From a virus: DNA of 64,000 nt. Every line of letters begins with the position of its first letter. Position 1 is the stretch's first letter. The translations under genes were made by a program, and so were the position numbers. Positions 27,784-37,079 of the stretch are shown here, piece by piece. The notes below the pieces were generated by a model. The model saw nothing but the letters and a program-made list of their open reading frames with translations, ran no database searches and was not told the origin of the DNA. Location of the stretch: the IMG/VR virus record IMGVR_UViG_3300045004_000088, positions 128,001-192,000 of that record; one strand, given 5' to 3'.

Positions 27784-28630
27784 CACGGTCGGGTCCGACA
27801 AGTTGAAGGCTTTTTGTTTCGAGAACGGAATCGCATACGTCAAATTGGGCCTGGGCGACAGTTTCGCGGACTGCCACAACCACCTTCTGAAACAATCCGA
27901 CACGCCCTGGCACATGCACCTCTATCCGGGCGAAACACTGGTAAATCCAGAAGAAATTCAAGGTTTGACGGCCGGCAGAGCCGTCGCGTACCGTCTGCCC
28001 TGTGTCCAGAGCGGGTGGTTAAACAAAGAGGTGAGACTGTACCACCGTGACCTGAAGTGTCGTTTCAGTCGCGCCGTTTTCGAGGCCGTGGAAGTGAAGG
28101 GGGAGTTCGCGGAACTGTACATCACCGGCGGGGTCGGAGGCGGGCCGATTGCGTCCGTAGCAGACAAGTGGGTGGAGAAAAATCCTCTGGCTTTGACCCC
28201 TCGCTACTACAAGGCCATCTCTTTGCTTCTGGAAGGAAAACAAGTCGAGTTCGTGGCGGCGGCAAAAGAGCAACTGTTCGCCGACAACAAGGCCACCATC
28301 GACAACATCATGTTGCGTTACTATCTGGCGTGTGCTTTGGCGGCGAACCCGGCCACACACAAAGAGTGCGGGCAACAGATCGTGGAGTGTCTTGCGGCAA
28401 ACGTGTTGATGGCCGAATTCTGGTGCTTGTTGGGCGACGTGTGTTTCGCCGAGGGCGGGTACGAGAGGGCCAAAGCTTTTTACCGCAACGCCGTGACTCT
28501 GGGTAGTCAGCGGCGGAAAGACGATGAGTGGCCCATGCACATCGCCAAATACAAGAAGCACCCGGATAAGATGATCGCGGCGTGTGACGAAACGGTCGCG
28601 GGTGCCAAGAACTTCAAGATAAAATGGTGA
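27770..28630 (+). CDS. hypothetical protein with TPR-like C-terminus (start uncertain)
   Basis: Met 33 of ORF 27674..28630; C-term helical repeats. Confidence 0.5.
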   Translation: MTVGDTVGSDKLKAFCFENGIAYVKLGLGDSFADCHNHLLKQSDTPWHMHLYPGETLVNPEEIQGLTAGRAVAYRLPCVQSGWLNKEVRLYHRDLKCRFSRAVFEAVEVKGEFAELYITGGVGGGPIASVADKWVEKNPLALTPRYYKAISLLLEGKQVEFVAAAKEQLFADNKATIDNIMLRYYLACALAANPATHKECGQQIVECLAANVLMAEFWCLLGDVCFAEGGYERAKAFYRNAVTLGSQRRKDDEWPMHIAKYKKHPDKMIAACDETVAGAKNFKIKW

Positions 28631-28973
28631 CGCCAATGGAATCTGGCAGTTCCGATTCCGCGCGGAGCCAGAACTCCATGTCGCGACCCAAAGGACTGCC
28701 GGCCGCTTCCCAGAGTTTTTCTGCCGCCTTACGGGTGGCCTCCCACCGGCACCCCGGCAACCTCATGTCGTCGTCCGGCTCGTAGGTGGCGTACACCTTG
28801 CTGTCCTCATCAATCACCCTCAGACGACAGACCACTCTCGCGAGGTTGGCATCGTGTTTCAGGGATTTGACTGCACGTTCGAGGTCGGGGAAAGGTTGTC
28901 TCCAGGCTTTGGAATCTTTCCACTCGGCGTTCGGGTCGTCCCGGCCCCACATGCTTTGAAGTCGGTATGTCAT
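28614..28973 (-). CDS. hypothetical protein
   Basis: 119-aa ORF in the antisense cassette between the tube genes. Confidence 0.5.
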   Translation of the reverse strand: MTYRLQSMWGRDDPNAEWKDSKAWRQPFPDLERAVKSLKHDANLARVVCRLRVIDEDSKVYATYEPDDDMRLPGCRWEATRKAAEKLWEAAGSPLGRDMEFWLRAESELPDSIGVTILS

Positions 28974-29359
28974 GGAGTGTACACCAAATCGAGTTCGTTC
29001 ACGATGACGACGACCTTGTCCTCGTACCGCGAACAGGTAATTTGCTTCCGCCCCGGTCCCAATCGGTTGAGATGGGCTTCTAAATCTTTGACGTGACAGT
29101 CGATCACCAAGAAACTGTTCTTCATGAGGAGTTTGTCTTCTTCTTCCGGGTCGGATACGGCGCGGTTGGGGAAGTAGCTCTGAAGTTGCGTCTTGGCGAT
29201 TTTGATGACGCGGCGGTAGATCGGCATGTTGCAGGCACAGCCGGGATTCTCAAGGTACTTCCTCACGTCCTCGTTGAGTTCGGCGGGAAGGGAGTTGCGG
29301 AACCGACTGTCCCTCATCGCCATCTTCACGTCGAGCAAAGTGATCGGTTTTTCACTCAT
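28970..29359 (-). CDS. hypothetical protein
   Basis: 129-aa ORF, 4-nt overlap with the downstream gene. Confidence 0.5.
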   Translation of the reverse strand: MSEKPITLLDVKMAMRDSRFRNSLPAELNEDVRKYLENPGCACNMPIYRRVIKIAKTQLQSYFPNRAVSDPEEEDKLLMKNSFLVIDCHVKDLEAHLNRLGPGRKQITCSRYEDKVVVIVNELDLVYTP

Positions 29360-29858
29360 CGAAGCTCCTGCCGGTGACCGTGTTCGGATCTGCCACTTTG
29401 CGGACGGTTACGACGCGACCGCACCGGGGGCATTTGAATTTCTTGCTGTTGTTCTTCGCGGGCGGCGTTCTGATCTCCCCGGTGAGCGGGTCGCGATAAG
29501 GCGACCCGCCCGGAATCGGCGACTGCTTGTAGGGGATCAGACCGGAAACGTCACTGCCGTCTGTCAGGCGTTTGAACCCGCACGGCTCGCAGTAGATGCT
29601 GTAGAGCTTCAACTGGTTGGACGGCTCGAAGTCGCGGACGGGCGGCGGGAGGGTGCCTTTGTTGATCATCTCGGCCGAGATGTGACTGCCCTCGGCCGAC
29701 TTCTGCAACTCCTCGGCGTGGGCCTTCACTTCGGCGATCTCGGCGGCACGGTCTTTGATGACGAACCGCGCCCCTTCCACCACCTGATCGTCTCTCTTGT
29801 TGAGGTCTGCGACCTTCTCGGCGACCGAGATCTTTTCGCCCGCGACTACTTCATCCAT
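29352..29858 (-). CDS. hypothetical zinc-ribbon protein
   Basis: 168-aa ORF; CEPCG...CPRCG. Confidence 0.5.
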   Translation of the reverse strand: MDEVVAGEKISVAEKVADLNKRDDQVVEGARFVIKDRAAEIAEVKAHAEELQKSAEGSHISAEMINKGTLPPPVRDFEPSNQLKLYSIYCEPCGFKRLTDGSDVSGLIPYKQSPIPGGSPYRDPLTGEIRTPPAKNNSKKFKCPRCGRVVTVRKVADPNTVTGRSFDE

Positions 29859-30202
29859 TACTGTTCCTTTGGCGTCTGTACTACCGACTGGGATTCAAAG
29901 TAGGTAAGCACTACAGCAGCCAAGTAGGACAGGAAACTGGCGGCGCACCCGCCCAACAAAACGACCACCGGGTGCCACGAGATGAGCCAGAAGGTCACGA
30001 AGAAGCCGACCCATGTGCCGCAACACTGGTAACACTCGATGATGCGGCTGAAGAATCCGGGGAGTTTGTTTTTGACCCAATCTCTGACGGGTTGAAAGAT
30101 GCTGCTGTCAACGATGATGTGTGTCATCCCGATGACGGCGAGTGCAAAGAACAACAGGACGGGTAGCGAGAGGGTGCTTTCCAAGTGTGGGAAAAATGTC
30201 AT
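29858..30202 (-). CDS. small membrane protein
   Basis: 114 aa with 3-4 hydrophobic helices. Confidence 0.5.
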   Translation of the reverse strand: MTFFPHLESTLSLPVLLFFALAVIGMTHIIVDSSIFQPVRDWVKNKLPGFFSRIIECYQCCGTWVGFFVTFWLISWHPVVVLLGGCAASFLSYLAAVVLTYFESQSVVQTPKEQ

Positions 30203-30203
30203 G

Positions 30204-30569
30204 TCATCTCCAAGCTGTTATACTGATGGTGTCGCCCTTGCGGTACACGACGACCTCGGCGTGTTCGCCCAGGCCGTCGAGACAATCGGTAGCGTTTTGA
30301 ATTTGGCACGTCCGGTTTGAAACGGCGTTCGGGTCAAAAGATCTGACCGAAACTTCCTGGCCGAGATACTCGCTTAGAACTGACAAATGCTCAGGTCGGA
30401 TCGCCTGTAGCAGTTCGATCTTGGTCCTAGCGGCCAAAGTTCTGAGAGCGGGAATGCTGTGTCCCGTGAACCATGTATCGAAGTAAGCTCTCAGGTCGGG
30501 GAGCTTGGCCCGGAGGACAGAGTCCTTCAGAACCAACGCCTCCACGTTCCCAAGATTTATTTCAATCAT
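30204..30569 (-). CDS. hypothetical protein
   Basis: C-terminal 121 aa of the long antisense ORF 30204..31622, taken from the internal Met (MIEINLG); the rest is antisense to 30657..31793. Confidence 0.45.
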   Translation of the reverse strand: MIEINLGNVEALVLKDSVLRAKLPDLRAYFDTWFTGHSIPALRTLAARTKIELLQAIRPEHLSVLSEYLGQEVSVRSFDPNAVSNRTCQIQNATDCLDGLGEHAEVVVYRKGDTISITAWR

Positions 30570-30656
30570 GATCAAGATCCGCAAAAAATTCCAAGTCGTT
30601 ACTCTCTGATTAGGGTAGTGAGCGACCAGAGCATTATAACGAAAACGGAGACAACC

Positions 30657-31793
30657 ATGTCCAATGACAACAACAAGATCTTCCGTCCCCGCAAAGCACA
30701 ACCCGGCGACGGCGATTCGCCGTTCAGCAACATCGACGCGGTGCGTGCGGCTGCGGCAGCGGACTCTGGGATGGAAGCCCCGCCGCTCATCGGCGAAAAC
30801 CCGGCGGTCAAGATTCAGGGTAACATGCCGCCACAATTCGTGCAAGCAATGAGCCAACAACGCAACTTGTCGCGAGAGGCCGCAGGCGAGGAAGTCGCCG
30901 ACGTGAAGTCGGGGTTCGGAAAGATGAAGAACCCGGAACAGGTCGCTCCCAAGAAGCCGCAGTTCAACAACGGCGACAAGCCGCTCACGTCGGGACTCAG
31001 CCCGCAAGCGAAGGCGTTGATCGACGGCCTCAAACCGAAGGCTGTTTATGACACCATCTGCCTGCCCTCGAAGGGCCGCTTCTACGACGGCCAGAACGGG
31101 CCATCGGACGGCATCCTCAACATCCGCCCGATGACCGGCGAAGAAGAACAAATCCTCGCGACACCGAGGTTCGTCCGCAAGGGGATGGCGGTCAACATGA
31201 TCTTCCAGCGGTGTATGCAGGAGCAGTTCCGCGCCGAAGACCTGTTGACCATCGACCGCACCTACCTGCTCATCTGGCTCCGGGGCATCAGCTACAGCCC
31301 GAACTACGACGTTGAGGTCAAGTGTCCGTTCACCGAGAAGAAGTTCACGGCGACGATCAACTTGAACGAACTGAACGTCGAAGAGTGTCCGGCAGACTTC
31401 GGCCCGGACCTTCAGGACGTTTTGCCGACGACCGGGTACAACTTCAACTACCGCCTCTCGACCGGCAAGGACGAGCAGGAGATCCAAGAACACCGCGACC
31501 GCCGCATGAAGATGTTCGGCGACAACGCGGGCGACGACACCCTGTTGCACCGCACGGCGATGTTGCTCAACGACATCGAGGGTGTGAACGACAAGAGGGA
31601 ACTCTTGACGCTGATCAAGCACCTGCCGATCAACGACGTGTCCTACATCCGCAACTGCATCAACGAACCGCCGTTCGGGGTTGACACGACCGTCACCCTT
31701 CTGTCTCCATACGCGAACGAAGAGTTCGAGACGGAGCTACCGCTCGACGCAAATTTTTTCTTCCCAAAGCGACGGCGGAAGGAGACGAACTAA
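30657..31793 (+). CDS. hypothetical tail-region protein (378 aa); candidate frameshift-extended tail assembly protein
   Basis: Met 67 of ORF 30459..31793 with GGAGACAACC RBS; ends 33 nt after a T_TTT_TTC slippery heptamer. Confidence 0.6.
   Translation: MSNDNNKIFRPRKAQPGDGDSPFSNIDAVRAAAAADSGMEAPPLIGENPAVKIQGNMPPQFVQAMSQQRNLSREAAGEEVADVKSGFGKMKNPEQVAPKKPQFNNGDKPLTSGLSPQAKALIDGLKPKAVYDTICLPSKGRFYDGQNGPSDGILNIRPMTGEEEQILATPRFVRKGMAVNMIFQRCMQEQFRAEDLLTIDRTYLLIWLRGISYSPNYDVEVKCPFTEKKFTATINLNELNVEECPADFGPDLQDVLPTTGYNFNYRLSTGKDEQEIQEHRDRRMKMFGDNAGDDTLLHRTAMLLNDIEGVNDKRELLTLIKHLPINDVSYIRNCINEPPFGVDTTVTLLSPYANEEFETELPLDANFFFPKRRRKETN
31754..31760 (+). promoter_or_regulatory. candidate -1 programmed ribosomal frameshift slippery site T_TTT_TTC
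   Basis: In the zero frame of the 30657 gene. The -1 frame stays open for 91 codons to TAA at 32033-32035. Confidence 0.3.
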
Positions 31794-32167
31794 GCGGGGA
31801 GCCGAACCCGGATGTCACGGACGAAGAACGTTCGAGTCTCGCACTCTGGAAAAACCTGATGGAAGAGATCTTCTTCTTCCAGTACCACATGCACCTCGAC
31901 ATGTTTACGGTCATGAAGTACGAAGTGCCGGAACGCAAGTGGCTTATCGACAGGTTCATCCAGCAGAAAAACAAGGAAAACGAGCAAATGGAAGCCGAAC
32001 GCCGGAAGGCGAAAGCTTCTGCAAAGAGGCGATAATGTTGGGTGACTCCAATGTCTGGATCGCGAAGCGTAAATACCGGAAACGCTGCGAGTGCGACTTT
32101 GAAGCAAAGTTGGCTCGCAGGGTCGCAGAATTGCGACGAAACCAGTTACGCCGCGTAGGAGCATCCA

Positions 32168-32884
32168 ATGGCGACCAAAGAAAGAAACCAGAACCCCGTT
32201 TGCAACGACACAGTCATTCTGCGTCTGTACCAGTTCAATGAGAACGCGCCGGCCGATGTCAACGAGGTTCAGAAGGTAGAGATCTACGTTCACGATCACA
32301 CCGTGGAAGGCGGCAGACGGCTGGTTCAGACGATTACCGACATCGCCCGGAGTGATGTCGGCCAGTACAGCGTGGTGGTGGACCTGACATCTCCGACCTA
32401 CACCATCGGCCAGTATTGCGACGTGTGGACGATCAGTTACGAGGCCGACGAATGTCCGGGGACGAGGACGTTCGAGTTCGAGATCAACGCAGACAAGTGG
32501 TACGGAAACAGCGACCAGTTCATTTGGGACTTCTACTTCGCGTTCAGACCCACCAGATTCCGAAAGAACGAAAGAAAGTACATCGTCGTTGAAGTGACGC
32601 CAAACGTGCCACACCTCAGTGACTTGGAACGGTACTACCAGACCCTACAGACTTACCCGGACCTGTTCATCACGATCCAGATGCGATGCGTGGAGTGCAT
32701 GCCGGCCGAGGAAGACCTACAAGTCGTCGTGGACCGCGCCAGAGTGTCACTGACCAGCAGCCGGCTCGGTCAATACTTCCTCGACACCACCGAACTGGCG
32801 TGCGGAATTTACGATGTCTGGTTTGATCTAGAAGTGGGCGGCAACACCTACATCTCGCCGAAGAACCAGATCCAAATCTTCTAA
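32168..32884 (+). CDS. hypothetical protein
   Basis: 238-aa ORF with GGAGCATCC RBS. Confidence 0.55.
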   Translation: MATKERNQNPVCNDTVILRLYQFNENAPADVNEVQKVEIYVHDHTVEGGRRLVQTITDIARSDVGQYSVVVDLTSPTYTIGQYCDVWTISYEADECPGTRTFEFEINADKWYGNSDQFIWDFYFAFRPTRFRKNERKYIVVEVTPNVPHLSDLERYYQTLQTYPDLFITIQMRCVECMPAEEDLQVVVDRARVSLTSSRLGQYFLDTTELACGIYDVWFDLEVGGNTYISPKNQIQIF

Positions 32885-32904
32885 ACACTCTTCACAGGAG
32901 AGAT

Positions 32905-33546
32905 ATGGGAAACCCATGTAACACTGGGTCTGGGAACCTTGCGCAATTTACGGAGTTCAACTGGATGAATGGGAAGGTGTTCGTCCCCAATCAAATGCCC
33001 GGTTTGACACACTTGAACCTGGGCAATCAGAAGAAAACGAACACCGGCCCCGGCCCGTCCGACGAAAAGCCCTTCAGCCACGAACTCGAAAAAATCACCG
33101 GCAAAAAGCCTGCCCCGCCCGGCGAAATGAACTGGGAAAGAACCACACCAATGGGCATGGGCCAACACCCGTTCGCCCTGCCGACCGCGATCATCCCCAG
33201 ACAATTCCGCTTCTTGGTGGGAACCGAACTCAGCAAGACGTTCCAGAACTACGTCAAGGACTTGGAGATCGACTGGATCGGCAAACGCATCAAGATCAAC
33301 TTGTACGAAACGATGGAGTTCGACACCGATCAGGTGCTGTGTGCTTTCTCCGACAAGAAGGCCAGCCGGCCGTTGCTGGTAACGCTGTTCGACGGCTGTG
33401 GAAACCCGATCATGGGCTACAGGTTCAACGGGGTGACTTTGAAGACGTATTCGACGCCGCTGAACTACGAGAGCAGCGACGTGTTAACGAACAAGGCGGT
33501 ACTGGCGTTCGCGTCGGTAGACAAGCTGAAGAAGCCCGCCAAATGA
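32905..33546 (+). CDS. tail tube family protein, paralog 3
   Basis: RQFRFLVGTE...LFDGCGNPIMGYRFNGVTL...LNYESSDVLTNKAVLAF; GGAGAGAT RBS. Confidence 0.65.
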   Translation: MGNPCNTGSGNLAQFTEFNWMNGKVFVPNQMPGLTHLNLGNQKKTNTGPGPSDEKPFSHELEKITGKKPAPPGEMNWERTTPMGMGQHPFALPTAIIPRQFRFLVGTELSKTFQNYVKDLEIDWIGKRIKINLYETMEFDTDQVLCAFSDKKASRPLLVTLFDGCGNPIMGYRFNGVTLKTYSTPLNYESSDVLTNKAVLAFASVDKLKKPAK

Positions 33547-33596
33547 CCCTCGCTCTGGGGCGGGGACAAGAAGTCCCCAATTTTCCAAAGGAACAC

Positions 33597-34159
33597 ATGC
33601 CACTACACATTCAGCCGAACACCGTATACAAACGCAAATTCCGATGGACCATCGAGGGCAAATTCCCCGGCGGCGAGATCGAACAACACTTCATCAAGGT
33701 CGCGGCGCGACCGGAACTAACAATTGAAGAAGTCGAACTGACCGGGATCAAATTCCCGGCGAGCCAAAAATGGCAATCGATTGCCGTCACGTCTTATGAC
33801 ACACCCAAGCAAATGTACTCAGCTTTAGCCGAGTCTTATTTCGAGACGCCAAATGAATGCCCGACCGAGAAAAAAGGCACAGTCACACTGAGACTGTACG
33901 ACGGCTGCGGTTGGCTTTTGGAATCTTGGGAACTCAACGGGCATACTTCTCGAAAGCTACGTTCACAGAGTACGACACTGAAGACGTGGAATTTACGATT
34001 CAGTACGATAGTGCCAAATACACCCCAAAAGAAAAACTCACATCGTTACCGCCTCACCTGAGTCCTCCACCACCCTCGCCGCCGAAGATCAAATGCCCTA
34101 ATTGTCAGCACGAATTTACACACGCCTTCGGATTGGGGATGTGTTCGACAATTTTTTGA
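33597..34159 (+). pseudogene. tail tube family paralog 4, interrupted by a 1-nt frameshift near 33939-33944
   Basis: YKRKFRWTIEG...LRLYDGCGWLLESWELNG runs in frame A to 33941. AYFSKATFTEYDTEDVEFTIQYDSAKY continues in frame B (ORF 33857..34159). A one-G shortfall in aacGGGcatac causes the shift. Confidence 0.5.
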
Positions 34160-34268
34160 CTTGATTTTGTATCAAGGATGATACAATAAAGCGTCCTCGG
34201 TGGCTGCTCACGCCGCCAAACAATGCCCGATTGAGGACTAAGGGTGTTCAAAAAAAAGGATGTGAGTC

Positions 34269-35168
34269 ATGGTCTACAGCAATCACTTCGTCATGTGCGT
34301 CATGGTGGACGGCAAGCCACTCAAGGAAAAAGCAGACGGAACCGTTCAGATTCCGATGAATTCCGAGTACGCAATCCGGTTCAAAAACAAGAATAGTCGG
34401 CGGGCGCTCGTCAAGTTCACCCTCGACGGTGAGGACGCGAGCGGCGGCGGCTACGTCATCGACGGACACAAGGACATCGAAATCAGGCGGTTCTCCGACC
34501 GCGATCAGACGTTCAAGTTCGTAGATCTGAACAGCGGAGAAGCACAACTCGAAGGCAAGAACGGCCCCAACACGGACGGCAGCAAGGGCGTCATCGAAGC
34601 GAAGTTCTACCTCGAAAAAGAATACGTCGCGCCGGCACCGCTCCCGGTTCCAGTGCCGATGCCGTATCCATATCCGGTGCCGATGCCGTACCCGGTTCCG
34701 CGTCCGTCTCCGTGGCGTCGTCCATACGAGCCGTACTACCTCAGCGACAACACCAGATCCCGCAAGGGGATGGTGGCAGAGCCGACGTGGTCAACCAACT
34801 CGACTCCGACACGCGAAGCGTGCGGCGGTGGCGGCACGATGTCCTCATGTAGTCTGGGCATGGCAGCATCCAGCCCGGAATGCACGAGCTACAACTGCTC
34901 CGACGCCGCTCCGACACCGACGTACTCGATGTCGCCGCCGGTGATCGAAGGGGTGACGGTCGGTGGTGGTGCTTCGGGTCAAACCTTCGTGTCCGTGTAC
35001 TTCAACGCGGAAACGGATCACGTCACACTGAGACTAATCCTGCGAGGGGTCAAGGAAGGCACGGTGGTGCAAGAGGCAGTCGAGGAATCGGAATACTGCC
35101 GCAACTGCGGAGCGAAGAAGCCCAGAAAGAACGACAAGTTCTGCGGCAAATGCGGAAGCAAGTTCTAA
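34269..35168 (+). CDS. hypothetical protein with PVPMPYPYPVPMPYP repeats and a C-terminal double zinc ribbon
   Basis: 299-aa ORF; C-term YCRNCGAKKPRKNDKFCGKCGSKF. Confidence 0.55.
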   Translation: MVYSNHFVMCVMVDGKPLKEKADGTVQIPMNSEYAIRFKNKNSRRALVKFTLDGEDASGGGYVIDGHKDIEIRRFSDRDQTFKFVDLNSGEAQLEGKNGPNTDGSKGVIEAKFYLEKEYVAPAPLPVPVPMPYPYPVPMPYPVPRPSPWRRPYEPYYLSDNTRSRKGMVAEPTWSTNSTPTREACGGGGTMSSCSLGMAASSPECTSYNCSDAAPTPTYSMSPPVIEGVTVGGGASGQTFVSVYFNAETDHVTLRLILRGVKEGTVVQEAVEESEYCRNCGAKKPRKNDKFCGKCGSKF

Positions 35169-35203
35169 ACGAAGAAGGCCGGGGAGATCTCCCCGGCCTT
35201 CTT

Positions 35204-35839
35204 TCATCTCGATCCCAAATAAGTGTCGGCATTGAGCATCGAATGGTGCAGAGCATGAGCGTTCCCAAGAACGTCGTGGAACTTGGGCTGCAAGAACTGT
35301 TTGTACGCTTCGAGCATCTGAACCGCGCAAACACGCGGCTCCATCGCTCCAATCGCGGTTCCGAGGCCCGGACACAGCATCGAGTCGATCTTGTGGGCTT
35401 TGGCCGCTCGTAGGGCCGCACGGAACGCCAAGAAAGCGTTAACGGTCTGCCCGACTTTCATCGGCACACGCATGGTCGGGGCCGAGATCAAGTAAGGCGT
35501 GCGGTTCACGCGGGCGTTGTGTTGAGGATGATGCGGCAGCGTCTCCCTCATGTCGATCACAGCCGCCTGTCCGACCAAAAGCTCGCCGTCGAACTCGGTC
35601 CAGATCTTGGCGCGAAGGTTGTCGCCGATGCCCCAACCGAAGTATTCGCTGTAGACGAAGTCGATCCCGCCGTCCATGTAGCCGAACGAGTTCGCGGGAC
35701 TGACGATGCTCATCACATCGAGGTGTTCGCCCTCTTGGAAGATGTCGCCACAAGAGGCTTTGATGTTGTTGTTTCCCGCGAAAACTTGTTGCCAAGCGCG
35801 GACGAGTTCTGGATTGCGGTCGCGAAGGAAGATTTTCAT
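35204..35839 (-). CDS. macro-domain protein (ADP-ribose binding/processing)
   Basis: Met 76 of ORF 35204..36064; VMSIVSPANSFGYMDGGIDF resembles the macro-domain NAAN...GGGV signature; weak RBS. Confidence 0.55.
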   Translation of the reverse strand: MKIFLRDRNPELVRAWQQVFAGNNNIKASCGDIFQEGEHLDVMSIVSPANSFGYMDGGIDFVYSEYFGWGIGDNLRAKIWTEFDGELLVGQAAVIDMRETLPHHPQHNARVNRTPYLISAPTMRVPMKVGQTVNAFLAFRAALRAAKAHKIDSMLCPGLGTAIGAMEPRVCAVQMLEAYKQFLQPKFHDVLGNAHALHHSMLNADTYLGSR

Positions 35840-35893
35840 GCAGTAACCAAATATTCGCGGCGAAAAATTAGCGCAAGTTACTTGTAATATATT

Positions 35894-36139
35894 ATGAGCG
35901 TAATTTACTTCCTGGGTCTTGAAGACCAAGCCGGACTCGACAACCTCCTCGCGATCCGCCAAGAGAACGAACGCAGGCAGGCTCTGACTTTCGATGACTA
36001 CCAACTGCCGGCCTTCTACGAAAACACAATGCCCGACATTCGTCGCGTAGACAAATGCGGGCATATCTTTGAGGCCGTGAAGGTCAACAACGACACGTTC
36101 GTGCTGACCGTTGGTGGCAACGCCTACGGAGCCAAGTGA
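35894..36139 (+). CDS. small hypothetical protein
   Basis: 81-aa ORF; no SD but an AT-rich TAATATATT stretch just upstream (possible leaderless transcript). Confidence 0.45.
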   Translation: MSVIYFLGLEDQAGLDNLLAIRQENERRQALTFDDYQLPAFYENTMPDIRRVDKCGHIFEAVKVNNDTFVLTVGGNAYGAK

Positions 36140-36598
36140 TCACAGGCCGATCTGACGCCGCATCGCGGTGATCTTTTCGAGCGGCATCCAGTCGGCGAAA
36201 TCGCCCGCGTCGTACAGTTCGGCGAGTTGATCGTAGCTGACCCAGTTCCAGCCTTCGCACTTGTGCGGCTCGGCGTTGACCGGCTCGCCCGCGACCCAGT
36301 CGGCCACCATGAAGATCGTGATGTAGTGCTTATCGTAGTTCTTCATCACGTCGTTGGTGACGAACACCGCGTTCTGCACGGGGAAGGTACGCACACGCAC
36401 CTTGAAGTTCGGCCCGCACTCTTCCCGCAGTTCGCGGAACAGGCACTCTTCCCACGTTTCGTTCCAGTCGAGATGCCCGCCCGGAAACGAGAGCAGACCG
36501 GCCGCGTGTGAGCCTTTCCGCCGGCCCACAAGAACCTTCCCGTCCTTGATGACCATCACGCCGATCCCGACACGCGGGTTCTTTTGAGGGGAATCCAT
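36140..36598 (-). CDS. Nudix hydrolase (second copy in the window)
   Basis: Nudix box GGHLDWNETWEECLFRELREECG. Confidence 0.7.
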   Translation of the reverse strand: MDSPQKNPRVGIGVMVIKDGKVLVGRRKGSHAAGLLSFPGGHLDWNETWEECLFRELREECGPNFKVRVRTFPVQNAVFVTNDVMKNYDKHYITIFMVADWVAGEPVNAEPHKCEGWNWVSYDQLAELYDAGDFADWMPLEKITAMRRQIGL

Positions 36599-36641
36599 GT
36601 TTTCCTCGTTTTCTTTGCATGGAAGACGCTTTTGGCGTCCC

Positions 36642-37079
36642 TTATAAGGATAGAGGCTCGTCTTCTTGTCTGGCGTACTCGGCGGCGACCGAATGCTTCT
36701 CTTCCAGTCGCCGCAGTTCGCTCTCGAACTGTTCGAGTCGGCTCGCGTCGGCGTGGTAAATCAGCGTGCCGCCGTCGCCTGAGTGTGAACCGTAGTAGTG
36801 TCCGGGCTGGCCGGGTACAGGAACCCCGTCTTGAATCAAGACGGCCTGTTCGGGGGTCAGCTTGACAATTTTTGGATAACCCTTTTCATCAAGCGGAGCC
36901 ACACCCGGATCGCCGTACTTCGCGATGTAGCCCGCCAGATCGCCGCCGCAACGAGCGATCCATTGTCGTTGTTCTCGCACCTTCTGCCGGGCGGCGAAAA
37001 TCAGCTTCAGCCCTTTCATGGGAGTCCTCAAGAAAACACGGGCGACTCTTGTTGCTTCGAGCCGTTCAGCTTCCGTCAT
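36642..37079 (-). CDS. hypothetical protein
   Basis: 145-aa ORF in a tightly overlapping minus operon. Confidence 0.5.
   Translation of the reverse strand: MTEAERLEATRVARVFLRTPMKGLKLIFAARQKVREQRQWIARCGGDLAGYIAKYGDPGVAPLDEKGYPKIVKLTPEQAVLIQDGVPVPGQPGHYYGSHSGDGGTLIYHADASRLEQFESELRRLEEKHSVAAEYARQEDEPLSL

Noticed and set aside
30204-31622. 472-aa minus-strand ORF
   Set aside because: Almost entirely antisense to the well-supported plus gene 30657-31793 (RBS, coding-like composition). Only its C-terminal 121 aa (30204-30569) were kept, as a separate gene with its own Met.
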